Shown here piece after piece: positions 1-8,362 of a DNA stretch of 64,000 nucleotides (positions within the stretch are counted from its first letter, which is position 1; every line of letters starts with the position of its first letter). Both the position numbers and the translations under genes were made by a program. The DNA is from Chitinophagaceae bacterium (lineage in GTDB: Bacteria > Bacteroidota > Bacteroidia > Chitinophagales > Chitinophagaceae): contig DASZRL010000014.1 in assembly GCA_035549175.1 (NCBI GenBank), positions 1,122-65,121 of the forward strand. The letters run 5' to 3'. The notes below the pieces were generated by a model, which was given only the letters and a program-made list of their open reading frames with translations, made no database searches and was not told the DNA's origin.

Positions 1-1738
1 GCGCCACCTGGCTGGCGTTGCAGGCGTCTGCGGCCAGTTTATCCAGGGTCTGGGTAAAAGCTGCATTCCCGCTGCGCAGCACCAGGACTGAACCCCGTTC
101 AAATTGCTGCCCTCCCGACTCGAAAGGCTCCTGGACAAACCGCAGGCGTACCCCTTCCTGCAGTAGTTGCCCGACAGCCCGGGCACTGCGCACGCCCTCC
201 CAACGGATCACATATCCATAGGCATCCCGGACTGGATTTGGCTGAAAAGCCGGACGCAGGCTGCCGGCTCCGGCTGCCACCCGGTCCCGCATGGCATAGG
301 CCGTGAGCCCATATACGTAGGGCAGTCCCCAGGCCGTAATGTCATAGGTAGCCGAATCCACCAGGTGGCTTCGGGGTTCAAACAGCACGCGCAGGAGCGT
401 GGACTTGGGCTGCAGGGCGCTGATGACCAGGTCCCCCGTGGCATAGCTGCACATTTCCTCCCTGCCGGACTGGTAGCTGTAGCCGCGGCCCGAACCCGGC
501 GCGCCCACGGTACCATACTGAATCCGGTTGCGGTCCAGCAGGTCCAGCAGGGCCTGGAAGCGCTGGGCGTCAGCAGGCGTATTTTTAATTATATACGTTT
601 TGTACTCCCCGCTGCCGTTGCTGACCGCATCGGTATAAAACTGGTGAAATTCCCGGACCAGGCGGGTGGCGTTCTGGGAAGCCGTTTCCAGGGTGCTCAG
701 CCCGGTCGTGTAATGGTGAAGGACCCGGTCTTCGAGGGTCAGGGTGTCCCCTTCTGCCTTCAGGGCACCCAGGCCGCCCGCACCTCCCCCACCCTGCTCA
801 AAGGTCATGCCGATGGCTCCGTTATAAAGCGGGTAGGTATCTCCGTAAGAGGGATAGAACAGGTCGAATTCCTCCTTGGTGAAGAACAGCCAGCCGTTGG
901 CATCGAAATAACGGGCGTTATTCCTGCCGATAAGGACCTGGAACGTCTTCTGCCAGGGAGTAATGACGTCGTGGTAGGGCTGGGCAGCGGGCGCAAAATA
1001 ATACGGAGCGTCGATCTCCTGTTCGTGGTAATCGACATGGACCTGGGGCAACCATTGATTATACAGTTGCAGGCGCTGGCGGCTTTCCGGCTGGGTCTGC
1101 CAGGCCCAGTCCCGGTTGAGGTCAAAGTTGTAATGGTTGGTGCGCCCGCCAGGCCAGGGCTGGTGATGTTCGCGGGCATCCAGGCGGGGATTATACCGGT
1201 TACCCACGATGGAATTGAACCAGTTGACGTAACGGTCACGTCCATCGGGGTTGATGCAGGGATCCAGGACTACCACCGTATTAGCCAGCCATCCGTGGAC
1301 GCGGGTGTTGGAAGGATCGACCAGGGCATATAGCATCAGCATGGCGGCTTCCGAGGAGGAGGTTTCATCCCCATGCACATTATAGCTTAGCCAGACAATG
1401 GCGGGTGCATCTTCCTCCCGGCCGGATACCCGGTCCCCGGACAGACCGGCCAGCCGCAGGTTGTTGAGGCGGATGGAATCCAGCCGGGCAATATGCTGCT
1501 CGGTCCCGACAAAGGCCACAATCAGGGGTCTCCCTTCCAGAGTTTGCCCGTATTGCTGCAACTTCACCGTGGCAGGGCTGGCCTGGGCCACATACTGAAA
1601 ATAACTCACGATCTTCCAGTGTGGTGTATACCGGGTACCGATCTTGTACCCAAGGAAAGCTTCGGGGGACAGAATCTGGGCATGCAGGTGGGAAAGGACC
1701 ACCAGCCAGCACGCGGTCAGCAGCAGGATTTTTCGCAT
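1..1738 (-). CDS. Secreted M14-family zinc carboxypeptidase; its 3' end runs off the left edge of the window
   Basis: Absent from the ORF track because it has no in-window stop. Manual reverse translation from the ATG at 1738-1736 gives MRKILLLTACWLVVLSHLHAQ (signal peptide), AIVWLSYNVHGDETSSSEAAM (HxxE zinc motif), HYNFDLNRDWAWQTQPESR and VHVDYHEQ. The frame stays open to base 1. The listed + ORF 167..1333 is its antisense shadow. Confidence 0.8.
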   Translation of the reverse strand, partial: MRKILLLTACWLVVLSHLHAQILSPEAFLGYKIGTRYTPHWKIVSYFQYVAQASPATVKLQQYGQTLEGRPLIVAFVGTEQHIARLDSIRLNNLRLAGLSGDRVSGREEDAPAIVWLSYNVHGDETSSSEAAMLMLYALVDPSNTRVHGWLANTVVVLDPCINPDGRDRYVNWFNSIVGNRYNPRLDAREHHQPWPGGRTNHYNFDLNRDWAWQTQPESRQRLQLYNQWLPQVHVDYHEQEIDAPYYFAPAAQPYHDVITPWQKTFQVLIGRNNARYFDANGWLFFTKEEFDLFYPSYGDTYPLYNGAIGMTFEQGGGGAGGLGALKAEGDTLTLEDRVLHHYTTGLSTLETASQNATRLVREFHQFYTDAVSNGSGEYKTYIIKNTPADAQRFQALLDLLDRNRIQYGTVGAPGSGRGYSYQSGREEMCSYATGDLVISALQPKSTLLRVLFEPRSHLVDSATYDITAWGLPYVYGLTAYAMRDRVAAGAGSLRPAFQPNPVRDAYGYVIRWEGVRSARAVGQLLQEGVRLRFVQEPFESGGQQFERGSVLVLRSGNAAFTQTLDKLAADACNASQVA

Positions 1739-1873
1739 AGCAGAGTATTGAACCGGCAATTTAGTGAAGCCCGCAGGAATTGCCGCAACCAGTCCTCACC
1801 TTTTCCGCGTTGTGGAAGCAATCGGCAGGATCCGGGGCGATTTCCTTAATTTTCCTGTTCAATCTGCCAACCC

Positions 1874-3592
1874 ATGCATATCATGCTGAAAACCGGGCTG
1901 CTGACCTGCTGCCTGTTGGCCGCCTGTCATAGCGCCCGCCGGATCCAGATGGCGGTCCCGGACGCATTTCACTATACGATCCAAAAGAATGTGACCTGCA
2001 CCAACGGCGCAGTGGTATCGGCGCACCCGCTGGCCAGCGAAGTTGGCCTGGCCATTCTTCGCCGGGGCGGGAACGCCGTCGATGCCGCCATCGCCACCCA
2101 GCTGGCCCTGGCCGTCGTATATCCGGGAGCAGGCAACCTGGGCGGGGGCGGGTTCATGGTCGCCCGCCTGCAGTCCGGAAAATTGCTGGCCCTGGATTAC
2201 CGGGAGTCGGCTCCGGGGCGCGCTTCACGGGACATGTACCTGGATACGGCGGGTAACCCGGCGGGCGACCGGAGCATTAATGGGCACCTGGCCGCCGGGG
2301 TGCCCGGAACGGTGGCCGGTCTGGTAGCCGCCTCGCGGTACGGGAGGCTCCCATTCCGGGAGCTGGTGCAGCCGGCCATTGACCTGGCTGAAAAGGGTTT
2401 TGCCATCACCCGGGGAGAAGCCGCCTCCCTGAATGCCATCCAGGCGGATCTGAAGCGGTACAATACCATAACCCCGGTCTTTTTACGGGACCGCCCCTGG
2501 AAGGCCGGAGACACCCTGGTACAGGCGGACCTAGCCGCCACCCTGCGGCGCATTCGGGACAAAGGGGTCCGAGGATTTTATGAAGGGACCACCGCCCGGC
2601 TGATCGTATCGGAGATGCAGCGAGGCGGAGGCCTGGTCAGCCTGGAAGACCTTCGCCGCTACCGCGCGAAATTCAGGGAGCCGCATGTGTTTACTTATAA
2701 GGGCTATACCGTGGTAGGCATGCCAATGCCCAGCAGCGGGGGCATCCTGCTTCACCAGATGATGAAGATGGTGGAACCGCGTCATCTGGATAAACTGGGA
2801 TTCCAGACCCTTTCTTCCGTGCAGCTTATGACCGAGGTGGAACGCCGGGCCTTTGCCGACCGGGCCAAATACATGGGGGACGCCGATTATTACCGGGTCC
2901 CGGTGGACAGCCTGGTCTCCGATACCTACCTGGCCCGGAGGATGCAGGACTATGACCCCCATGCAGCCACCGACAGCCGGCGGGTGCAGCCCGGGGTCCT
3001 GCCGCTGCCGGAAAGCGAGCAGACCACGCACCTCAGCGTCCTGGACCGGGACGGCAATGCGGTAGCCGTAACCACAACGCTGAATAATTCCTACGGCTGC
3101 AAAACCGTGGTCGGAGGCGCCGGATTCTTTCTCAACGACGAAATGGACGACTTCAGCATGAAACCCGGCGTTCCGAACCTCTACGGTGCCGTGGGTGGAG
3201 AGGCCAACGCCATTGCACCGGGCAAACGCATGCTCAGTTCCATGACGCCCACCCTCGTGTTGCAGGAAAACAAACCTTTCCTGGTAGTAGGTACACCTGG
3301 CGGAACCACGATCCCCACGTCTGTATTCCAGACCCTGGTGAATATCCTGGACTTCGGCCTGAGTACACAGGATGCGGTCTACCTGCCCAAATTCCACCAC
3401 CAGTGGCTACCCGACAGTATTCTGGTGGAAGCCGGATTTCCCGAAGCGGTTCGACTGGGCCTGGAGAACATGGGTTATAAGGTTTACCAGCGCAGCGCGA
3501 TCGGCCGCACGGAAGTGATCCGCGTTGACCAGGACGGCCGGATTGAAGCGGTGGCAGACCGGCGCGGCGAGGACGATGCCGCCGGATATTAA
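1874..3592 (+). CDS. ggt: Gamma-glutamyltranspeptidase
   Basis: 572 aa with an N-terminal signal or lipoprotein-like leader (LLTCCLLAAC). Carries the GGT autoprocessing region TTHLSVLDRDGNAVAVTTTLN and GTPGGTTIP near the C-terminus. Confidence 0.93.
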   Translation: MHIMLKTGLLTCCLLAACHSARRIQMAVPDAFHYTIQKNVTCTNGAVVSAHPLASEVGLAILRRGGNAVDAAIATQLALAVVYPGAGNLGGGGFMVARLQSGKLLALDYRESAPGRASRDMYLDTAGNPAGDRSINGHLAAGVPGTVAGLVAASRYGRLPFRELVQPAIDLAEKGFAITRGEAASLNAIQADLKRYNTITPVFLRDRPWKAGDTLVQADLAATLRRIRDKGVRGFYEGTTARLIVSEMQRGGGLVSLEDLRRYRAKFREPHVFTYKGYTVVGMPMPSSGGILLHQMMKMVEPRHLDKLGFQTLSSVQLMTEVERRAFADRAKYMGDADYYRVPVDSLVSDTYLARRMQDYDPHAATDSRRVQPGVLPLPESEQTTHLSVLDRDGNAVAVTTTLNNSYGCKTVVGGAGFFLNDEMDDFSMKPGVPNLYGAVGGEANAIAPGKRMLSSMTPTLVLQENKPFLVVGTPGGTTIPTSVFQTLVNILDFGLSTQDAVYLPKFHHQWLPDSILVEAGFPEAVRLGLENMGYKVYQRSAIGRTEVIRVDQDGRIEAVADRRGEDDAAGY

Positions 3593-3632
3593 TCCCGGCT
3601 ATGCAGTAATTTGCGAATAAAATATCCCTCCC

Positions 3633-4178
3633 ATGTTTGCACAGGAATATCTTGATACCGTCATCCGACGTGTTATTTATTACAAGGAACTGGCCGAACG
3701 GGCGATGGCACAGCTCGAAGAAGCGGACTTCCATGTCCAGCCCACCTCGGAATCCAACAGCATCGCCGTTATCATCCAGCATATGGCCGGCAATATGCTC
3801 AGCCGCTGGACCGATTTTCTGACCGAGGACGGCGAGAAGCCCTGGCGCCAGCGCGACGAAGAATTTGCCGTCCGCAACCAATCACGGACCGAGCTGATGG
3901 CGTACTGGCAGAAAGGATGGACCTGCTACCTGGAAGCCCTGCGTGGTCTGCAGGAAAAGGACCTGCTGCGCACTGTTACCATCCGGCAGGAGCCCCTGAC
4001 CGTGATCGATGCCATCAACCGTCAGCTGGCGCATTATCCTTACCATGTCGGCCAAATCGTTTATGTGGCCCGGATGCTGCGCAACGACAGTTGGACCTCG
4101 CTGTCCATCCCCAGGGGCGGCTCGGCAGCCTATAACAGCGGGGATCACGTCAAGGATCCGGCCCGTCGCAAATCCTGA
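3633..4178 (+). CDS. DinB-like / DUF1572-type four-helix-bundle protein
   Basis: 181 aa with conserved His positions (IIQHMAGN and HYPYHVGQIVYV) typical of the DinB/YfiT-like superfamily. The family call is made from memory only. Confidence 0.55.
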   Translation: MFAQEYLDTVIRRVIYYKELAERAMAQLEEADFHVQPTSESNSIAVIIQHMAGNMLSRWTDFLTEDGEKPWRQRDEEFAVRNQSRTELMAYWQKGWTCYLEALRGLQEKDLLRTVTIRQEPLTVIDAINRQLAHYPYHVGQIVYVARMLRNDSWTSLSIPRGGSAAYNSGDHVKDPARRKS

Positions 4179-4293
4179 GCAGGACGGACCAGGAAGGATA
4201 ACCCTTAGTTTTCCACAGCCCGGCTGCCCGGGGCCATGCAGGTGGGAAAAATGGTATTTTCACCGCAACCACCATTCTGCACGCGAGATAAAC

Positions 4294-4953
4294 ATGACTC
4301 GATTTTCACCCCCCGCAAGGCGGCTTTTCATTCTGCTAGGATTGCTGGCTTACCAGTCAGTACGGGCCCAGGTACCTGTGTATTTATTTATTGGCCCGCA
4401 GGCGGTCCGGGCCAGCTACCACATCAACGGGCAGCGCCAAACCAGCGATGCCGTTCCCGGAGTGCAGGCCGGCGTGAGCGCCCGCATCGACTTTGACCAC
4501 CGTCTTTATTTTGTGCCGGCTGTCTATTACAGCCTCAAGGGTTTCCGCGTGGCGTTTGACCGGCCCTCCCTGCCTCCTGACGCCCTGGCCATGAATAATC
4601 ACGCCACGGTTCATACGCTCGAAATGGCCCCGCTCCTGCAGTATGATTTTTCCGACAGGCCGAGCCACTTTTTTGTCCGACTGGGCCCCAGCCTCGATTT
4701 CCAGCTTTACGGGCGGGAGCGGTTCCAGCTGAAGGATGGCACGGTGGTCGAACGGCGCATGTTATACGATTTTACCCATTACGGGCGCTATGCTGCCTCG
4801 GCGATAGGTCACGCCGGATATGAGAACGGCCGGATGCTGGTGTACCTGCAATATACGCAGGGCTTGACCAACCTCGACAATACGGAAGGGGGACCTGTCA
4901 TCCAGTACCGGGCCGCCGGCATAACGATTGCCCGGGCCCTCAACCGCCGCTAG
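4294..4953 (+). CDS. Outer-membrane beta-barrel protein (porin-family/OmpW-like), hypothetical
   Basis: In-frame ATG at 4294 inside ORF 4009..4953 gives MTRFSPPARRLFILLGLLAYQSVRAQ (signal peptide). Alternating beta-strand pattern follows. The upstream 95 codons are Pro/Arg/Gly-rich junk overlapping the previous gene. Confidence 0.6.
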   Translation: MTRFSPPARRLFILLGLLAYQSVRAQVPVYLFIGPQAVRASYHINGQRQTSDAVPGVQAGVSARIDFDHRLYFVPAVYYSLKGFRVAFDRPSLPPDALAMNNHATVHTLEMAPLLQYDFSDRPSHFFVRLGPSLDFQLYGRERFQLKDGTVVERRMLYDFTHYGRYAASAIGHAGYENGRMLVYLQYTQGLTNLDNTEGGPVIQYRAAGITIARALNRR

Positions 4954-5011
4954 GCGAACGAACGTGCCTGCCGGCTTTACAATAATCCCTCCCGGTACGT
5001 AGCTTTGCCGC

Positions 5012-5509
5012 ATGCCTTCCATCATCATCAGACCCATCCGCCCGGATGACAATATCGCGCTCGCACGCATCATCCGGGAGGCGCTTGCGGAGTTCGGAGC
5101 CAATAAGCCCGGAACGGTTTACTATGACCCGACCACCGATGCCCTGTTTGAACTGTTCGGCCATCCCGGTTCCTCCTACCTGGTGGCCGAACTGGACGGG
5201 ACCCTGGTCGGGGGCGGCGGCATCTTCCCGTCTCCGGGCCTGCCTGAAGGAACCTGTGAACTGGTCAAAATGTACCTGGCCCCGGCCGCAAGGGGCATCG
5301 GGCTGGGTAAGACCCTCCTCGATCGCAACCTGGCGGCCGCCCGCCAGGCCGGTTACCGAAGCGTATACCTGGAAAGTATGCCTGAACTGCGCCAGGCCCT
5401 CCGGGTATATGAAAAAAGCGGTTTCCGGTACCTGCCCGGCCCTTTAGGCAATACGGGGCATTTCGGGTGCGGGATCTGGATGCTCCGGGACCTGGAGGCT
5501 GCCGGGTAA
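5012..5509 (+). CDS. GNAT-family N-acetyltransferase
   Basis: 165 aa with an acetyl-CoA binding motif region (ARGIGLGKTLL) and typical GNAT length and topology. Confidence 0.85.
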   Translation: MPSIIIRPIRPDDNIALARIIREALAEFGANKPGTVYYDPTTDALFELFGHPGSSYLVAELDGTLVGGGGIFPSPGLPEGTCELVKMYLAPAARGIGLGKTLLDRNLAAARQAGYRSVYLESMPELRQALRVYEKSGFRYLPGPLGNTGHFGCGIWMLRDLEAAG

Positions 5510-5535
5510 TAGCCCCCCGCCTCGGTGGCACACCG

Positions 5536-5579
5536 GAAAAGCAAGCGGGGACTGGCCTCCGGCCAAATCCCCGCTTGCT
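5536..5579 (-). terminator. Intrinsic terminator candidate downstream of the 5604..6074 barrel gene
   Basis: 12-bp stem AGCAAGCGGGGA (5540-5551) pairs with TCCCCGCTTGCT (5568-5579). On the minus strand it is followed by a TTTT run (5536-5539). Confidence 0.45.
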
Positions 5580-5603
5580 GGACAGAAAGCTGAACCAGGC
5601 AGC

Positions 5604-6074
5604 CTAGCGATGATGACTTCCGCGCAGCCGGTCCATCTGGCGCTTGAGCAGGTAGACCTGGAATCCTACGCTGAGCTTGAACCCGCCGGTACCGTCAAAA
5701 TCCGAGTATTTGTAGTGGTCATACCCCATCAGGATGTCCAGGGACACCTGGTTGCTGATGAAGATCGCGGCTCCACCGCCCAGGAAATAGTGGTTGCCGT
5801 TGTTGGTAGAACTGCCGGCGCCGGTTTTCACGTGCTGGCTGATATACCCCAGGTCTCCCTGCACAATCGGCCGGACGTTGGCATTGGTAAAGTAGTAACG
5901 CACGAAGGGGCCGAACCCGAAATTGGTCACCTTGTTATTGCCCGTCTTCGTGTAATCTACCAGGAATTCACCGCCGACAGCCAGGTTGTTGATGATAAAT
6001 CCTCCGGCGGACGGGGTCAGGCTGATCTGGGTGTTATTGTCATTGGTGTTCAGGCCGAGATTGCCTCCCACCAT
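5604..6074 (-). CDS. Small outer-membrane beta-barrel protein; the coding frame appears to extend upstream to about 6152 (see findings)
   Basis: 156 aa from the ATG at 6074, with Gly/Asn-rich alternating strands ending ...GFQVYL. The same frame upstream reads EKKCTAIIIASLLAGFAHAQTSKGDW, a textbook signal peptide, but contains no ATG/GTG/TTG. Confidence 0.65.
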   Translation of the reverse strand: MVGGNLGLNTNDNNTQISLTPSAGGFIINNLAVGGEFLVDYTKTGNNKVTNFGFGPFVRYYFTNANVRPIVQGDLGYISQHVKTGAGSSTNNGNHYFLGGGAAIFISNQVSLDILMGYDHYKYSDFDGTGGFKLSVGFQVYLLKRQMDRLRGSHHR

Positions 6075-6249
6075 CCAGTCTCCCTTCGACGTCTGGGCAT
6101 GCGCGAACCCGGCAAGCAGGCTGGCGATGATGATTGCTGTACACTTTTTTTCTTAGTTGAAAGTTTTTCGGCCCGAAAGGTACAAAAAGTTCGCCAACCG
6201 GCCCCGGGTTGCGTGGCAGGTTTCGCACAGGCTCCACCGGGATAATCCA

Positions 6250-6876
6250 TCAGTCTCCCGGGAGGGGCTCCACCTCATACACCGGGCTGAAAAGGTACAC
6301 CCGTCCGGAGGGCACCTCGGTGCACCGGAACCGCTTACGCAACCGGTCTCCCTTGCGAAAAACCCTACCGTCCTCCAAACGGAAAAGGCTTTGCGCAGGA
6401 AGCTCCTCCACCAGCATCCGGCCGCCGGGGTGGTTGTCATAGCGGCGAAGCACCCGGAGCAACCCGTCCTCGGCGCAGCTGCTGGCTGCCGGATTACGCA
6501 GCGACCGGGTGAGTTCCTCGTGAATATCCTCCGGGAACACGCGGCTGCGCAGAAACTGGTCCAGCAGCTGGCCGTAAATTGATTTCCATTCCCGGCCATG
6601 GGACTGCACGCGGGGTCCGTGAACTTCGAAAGTGAGCAGGTGGGCCAGTTCATGCAGCAGGGTGATGAGAAAGGCATAGGGGTTCAGGTCCCCGTTCACG
6701 CTGATCCGGTGAGCATCCCGGTGGGTGCGGTGGCGGTAATCCCCGAGGATGGACCGGCGCTGGCGGGCGATGGTCAGGTGTACGCGGTGCTGGTTGAGGT
6801 AGTGCAGCACCGCACCAAAGGTGCCGTCTGGCAGGTATTGCTGGAGGTGACCGATAGGCGCTTCCTTTTTGGGCAT
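6250..6876 (-). CDS. SprT-like zinc metalloprotease-domain protein
   Basis: 208 aa with HELAH (HExxH) inside LITLLHELAHLLTFEVHG, and an SprT-like layout. Confidence 0.7.
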   Translation of the reverse strand: MPKKEAPIGHLQQYLPDGTFGAVLHYLNQHRVHLTIARQRRSILGDYRHRTHRDAHRISVNGDLNPYAFLITLLHELAHLLTFEVHGPRVQSHGREWKSIYGQLLDQFLRSRVFPEDIHEELTRSLRNPAASSCAEDGLLRVLRRYDNHPGGRMLVEELPAQSLFRLEDGRVFRKGDRLRKRFRCTEVPSGRVYLFSPVYEVEPLPGD

Positions 6877-6880
6877 GGAT

Positions 6881-7300
6881 TCAGGACTTGGGACGTTTCA
6901 CTAGGGCAGCTACCTCCAGCAGGGTATAGAGCAGGTAGAGCAAAATGCAGCCGAATATGGCCAGTTTGTTCAGGTGGCCCCGGGCGGTGAGACCGTATGC
7001 CAGGACGGCAAGCAGGACCAGGAAAAATTTCACCATCAGGCTGCCGTACACAGCCCGTACAAAGGCATAGGGATTGTGACTGTGCATCCCCCGGCGGGCC
7101 AGCCAATAGGCCAACGCGGTAACTACGAACAGCAGGAGGTTGCCCAGCAGCAGCACGGTAGTATCCGCCCCCCACTGCGCCAGGCGGTCGCGGCCCAGCA
7201 GCAAAAGGGCGTTGCAGCCGATGAAAAGCCACAGGATGGGCAGGAAGGGGCGCCGCTGCCTAACTGCCGGGGAGGGAGACGTTTGCGTGTCGGTGTCCAA
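6881..7300 (-). CDS. Hypothetical integral membrane protein (about 4 TM segments)
   Basis: 139 aa with four hydrophobic stretches (FLPILWLFIGCNALLLL, VLLLGNLLLFVVTALAYWL, LMVKFFLVLLAVLAYGL, AIFGCILLYLLYTLL). Starts 4 nt after the end of the next gene in an operon-like arrangement. Confidence 0.55.
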   Translation of the reverse strand: MDTDTQTSPSPAVRQRRPFLPILWLFIGCNALLLLGRDRLAQWGADTTVLLLGNLLLFVVTALAYWLARRGMHSHNPYAFVRAVYGSLMVKFFLVLLAVLAYGLTARGHLNKLAIFGCILLYLLYTLLEVAALVKRPKS

Positions 7301-7382
7301 GAGTAATCAGGTTGTGTGACGGCAAAGGTAAGGAGACCGCGCCTGCCGCGTTCCGGTCGGCTGATTTTCTGGTCTGAAGCCT

Positions 7383-7808
7383 TTATTGCAGGAGTTCTTC
7401 CCGGCTCAGTTCGAGGCTGCCTGCGACCGGTCCGGCGGCACTCCCCATATGGCACTGGCCGTTGAACGTGGCTGTGGGTTCCACCTGCAGCTTGCCGGCA
7501 TAAAGATTCCCGGAAACATCGCACTCGCCGCGCAGCTGAAGCAGGTCCCGCACTTTGATATTGCCGGACACCTTGCCGATGACATCGGCCTGGTTGCCTT
7601 CGATGTCGCCTTCGACCACGCCGGTTGTACCGATGATGATCTTGGAGCTGCTGCGGATGTTGCCGATAATGGTCCCGTCGATGCGCAGGTCACTGTTGCT
7701 GCTGATGTCCCCTTTGAGGGTGGTTCCGGCGCTGATCAGGGTGGCGCCGTTGCCGTTGACTGATTTTTCGGTGCTCATGTCTGATTTGGATTTTGGGTTG
7801 TTAAACAT
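7383..7808 (-). CDS. Bactofilin (polymer-forming cytoskeletal protein, DUF583)
   Basis: 141 aa. The repetitive beta-helical pattern LKGDISSNSDLRIDGTIIGNIRSSSKIIIGTTGVVEGDIEGNQADVIGKVSGNIKV is typical of bactofilins. Confidence 0.85.
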   Translation of the reverse strand: MFNNPKSKSDMSTEKSVNGNGATLISAGTTLKGDISSNSDLRIDGTIIGNIRSSSKIIIGTTGVVEGDIEGNQADVIGKVSGNIKVRDLLQLRGECDVSGNLYAGKLQVEPTATFNGQCHMGSAAGPVAGSLELSREELLQ

Positions 7809-7822
7809 AGGTATCTAGCGAT

Positions 7823-8218
7823 TTAATCATTGGAAAACTCGTCCTTGGGCAACTGGATCCGCGATGTATCCAGGTTCATCGGGATATCCCCGCGCAGGAC
7901 CTTTTTCACGCCGTCGATATACTGGGCCTGGTAGTTGACCTGCTGTTCCAGCGAATCCACCCGGTACTTCATCTGGCGGTATTCCCGGCCGATTTTCAGA
8001 TCGTCGTACCCCGGGATATAATACTTCAGGGGGGTAAAGACGATCAGGGCTACGGTCAGTCCCACCAGCAGGACGAAAATGGTACTGAGTCCGATATACA
8101 CGCTCATCCGCGACAATTTAAACGTCACCACCTCCTCGTATGTATCATCGTTCATCACGACCAGCCGGTACCGGTTCCTCAGCCGCTGCAGGGTGGAATC
8201 TGCCTCCAGTTTTGCCAT
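7823..8218 (-). CDS. Membrane-anchored coiled-coil protein, hypothetical (no catalytic domain)
   Basis: 131 aa with one TM segment (VYIGLSTIFVLLVGLTVALIVF) followed by a heptad-like segment (YRQMKYRVDSLEQQVNYQAQYIDGVKKVL). Ends 14 nt before the bactofilin start. Confidence 0.6.
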   Translation of the reverse strand: MAKLEADSTLQRLRNRYRLVVMNDDTYEEVVTFKLSRMSVYIGLSTIFVLLVGLTVALIVFTPLKYYIPGYDDLKIGREYRQMKYRVDSLEQQVNYQAQYIDGVKKVLRGDIPMNLDTSRIQLPKDEFSND

Positions 8219-8362
8219 ACTTCCCGTTTAGAATCTAAAGATAGGAAAGCTTCCCCGGTTTTGGCAGGAACCGCCCCGTCCTGTCCTCCTGCAAAAAATG
8301 TGCTCATTTTTATAATAAAAACTTTGAAATTCAGTTATTAAGCGATAAGATTGCCCGGACCA

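Noticed and set aside
4009-4293. Long N-terminal extensions offered by the ORF track for several genes: 4009 for the barrel protein, 16286 for rlpA, 17684 for the M15 peptidase, 17985 for the Ldt, 31132 for the nucleotidyltransferase, 33606 for rluD, 38378 for the TrmH-like gene and 59942 for the rhodanese
   Set aside because: In each case an internal Met is followed immediately by a signal peptide or by the conserved family N-terminus. The extension has junk composition and/or overlaps the neighbouring gene.
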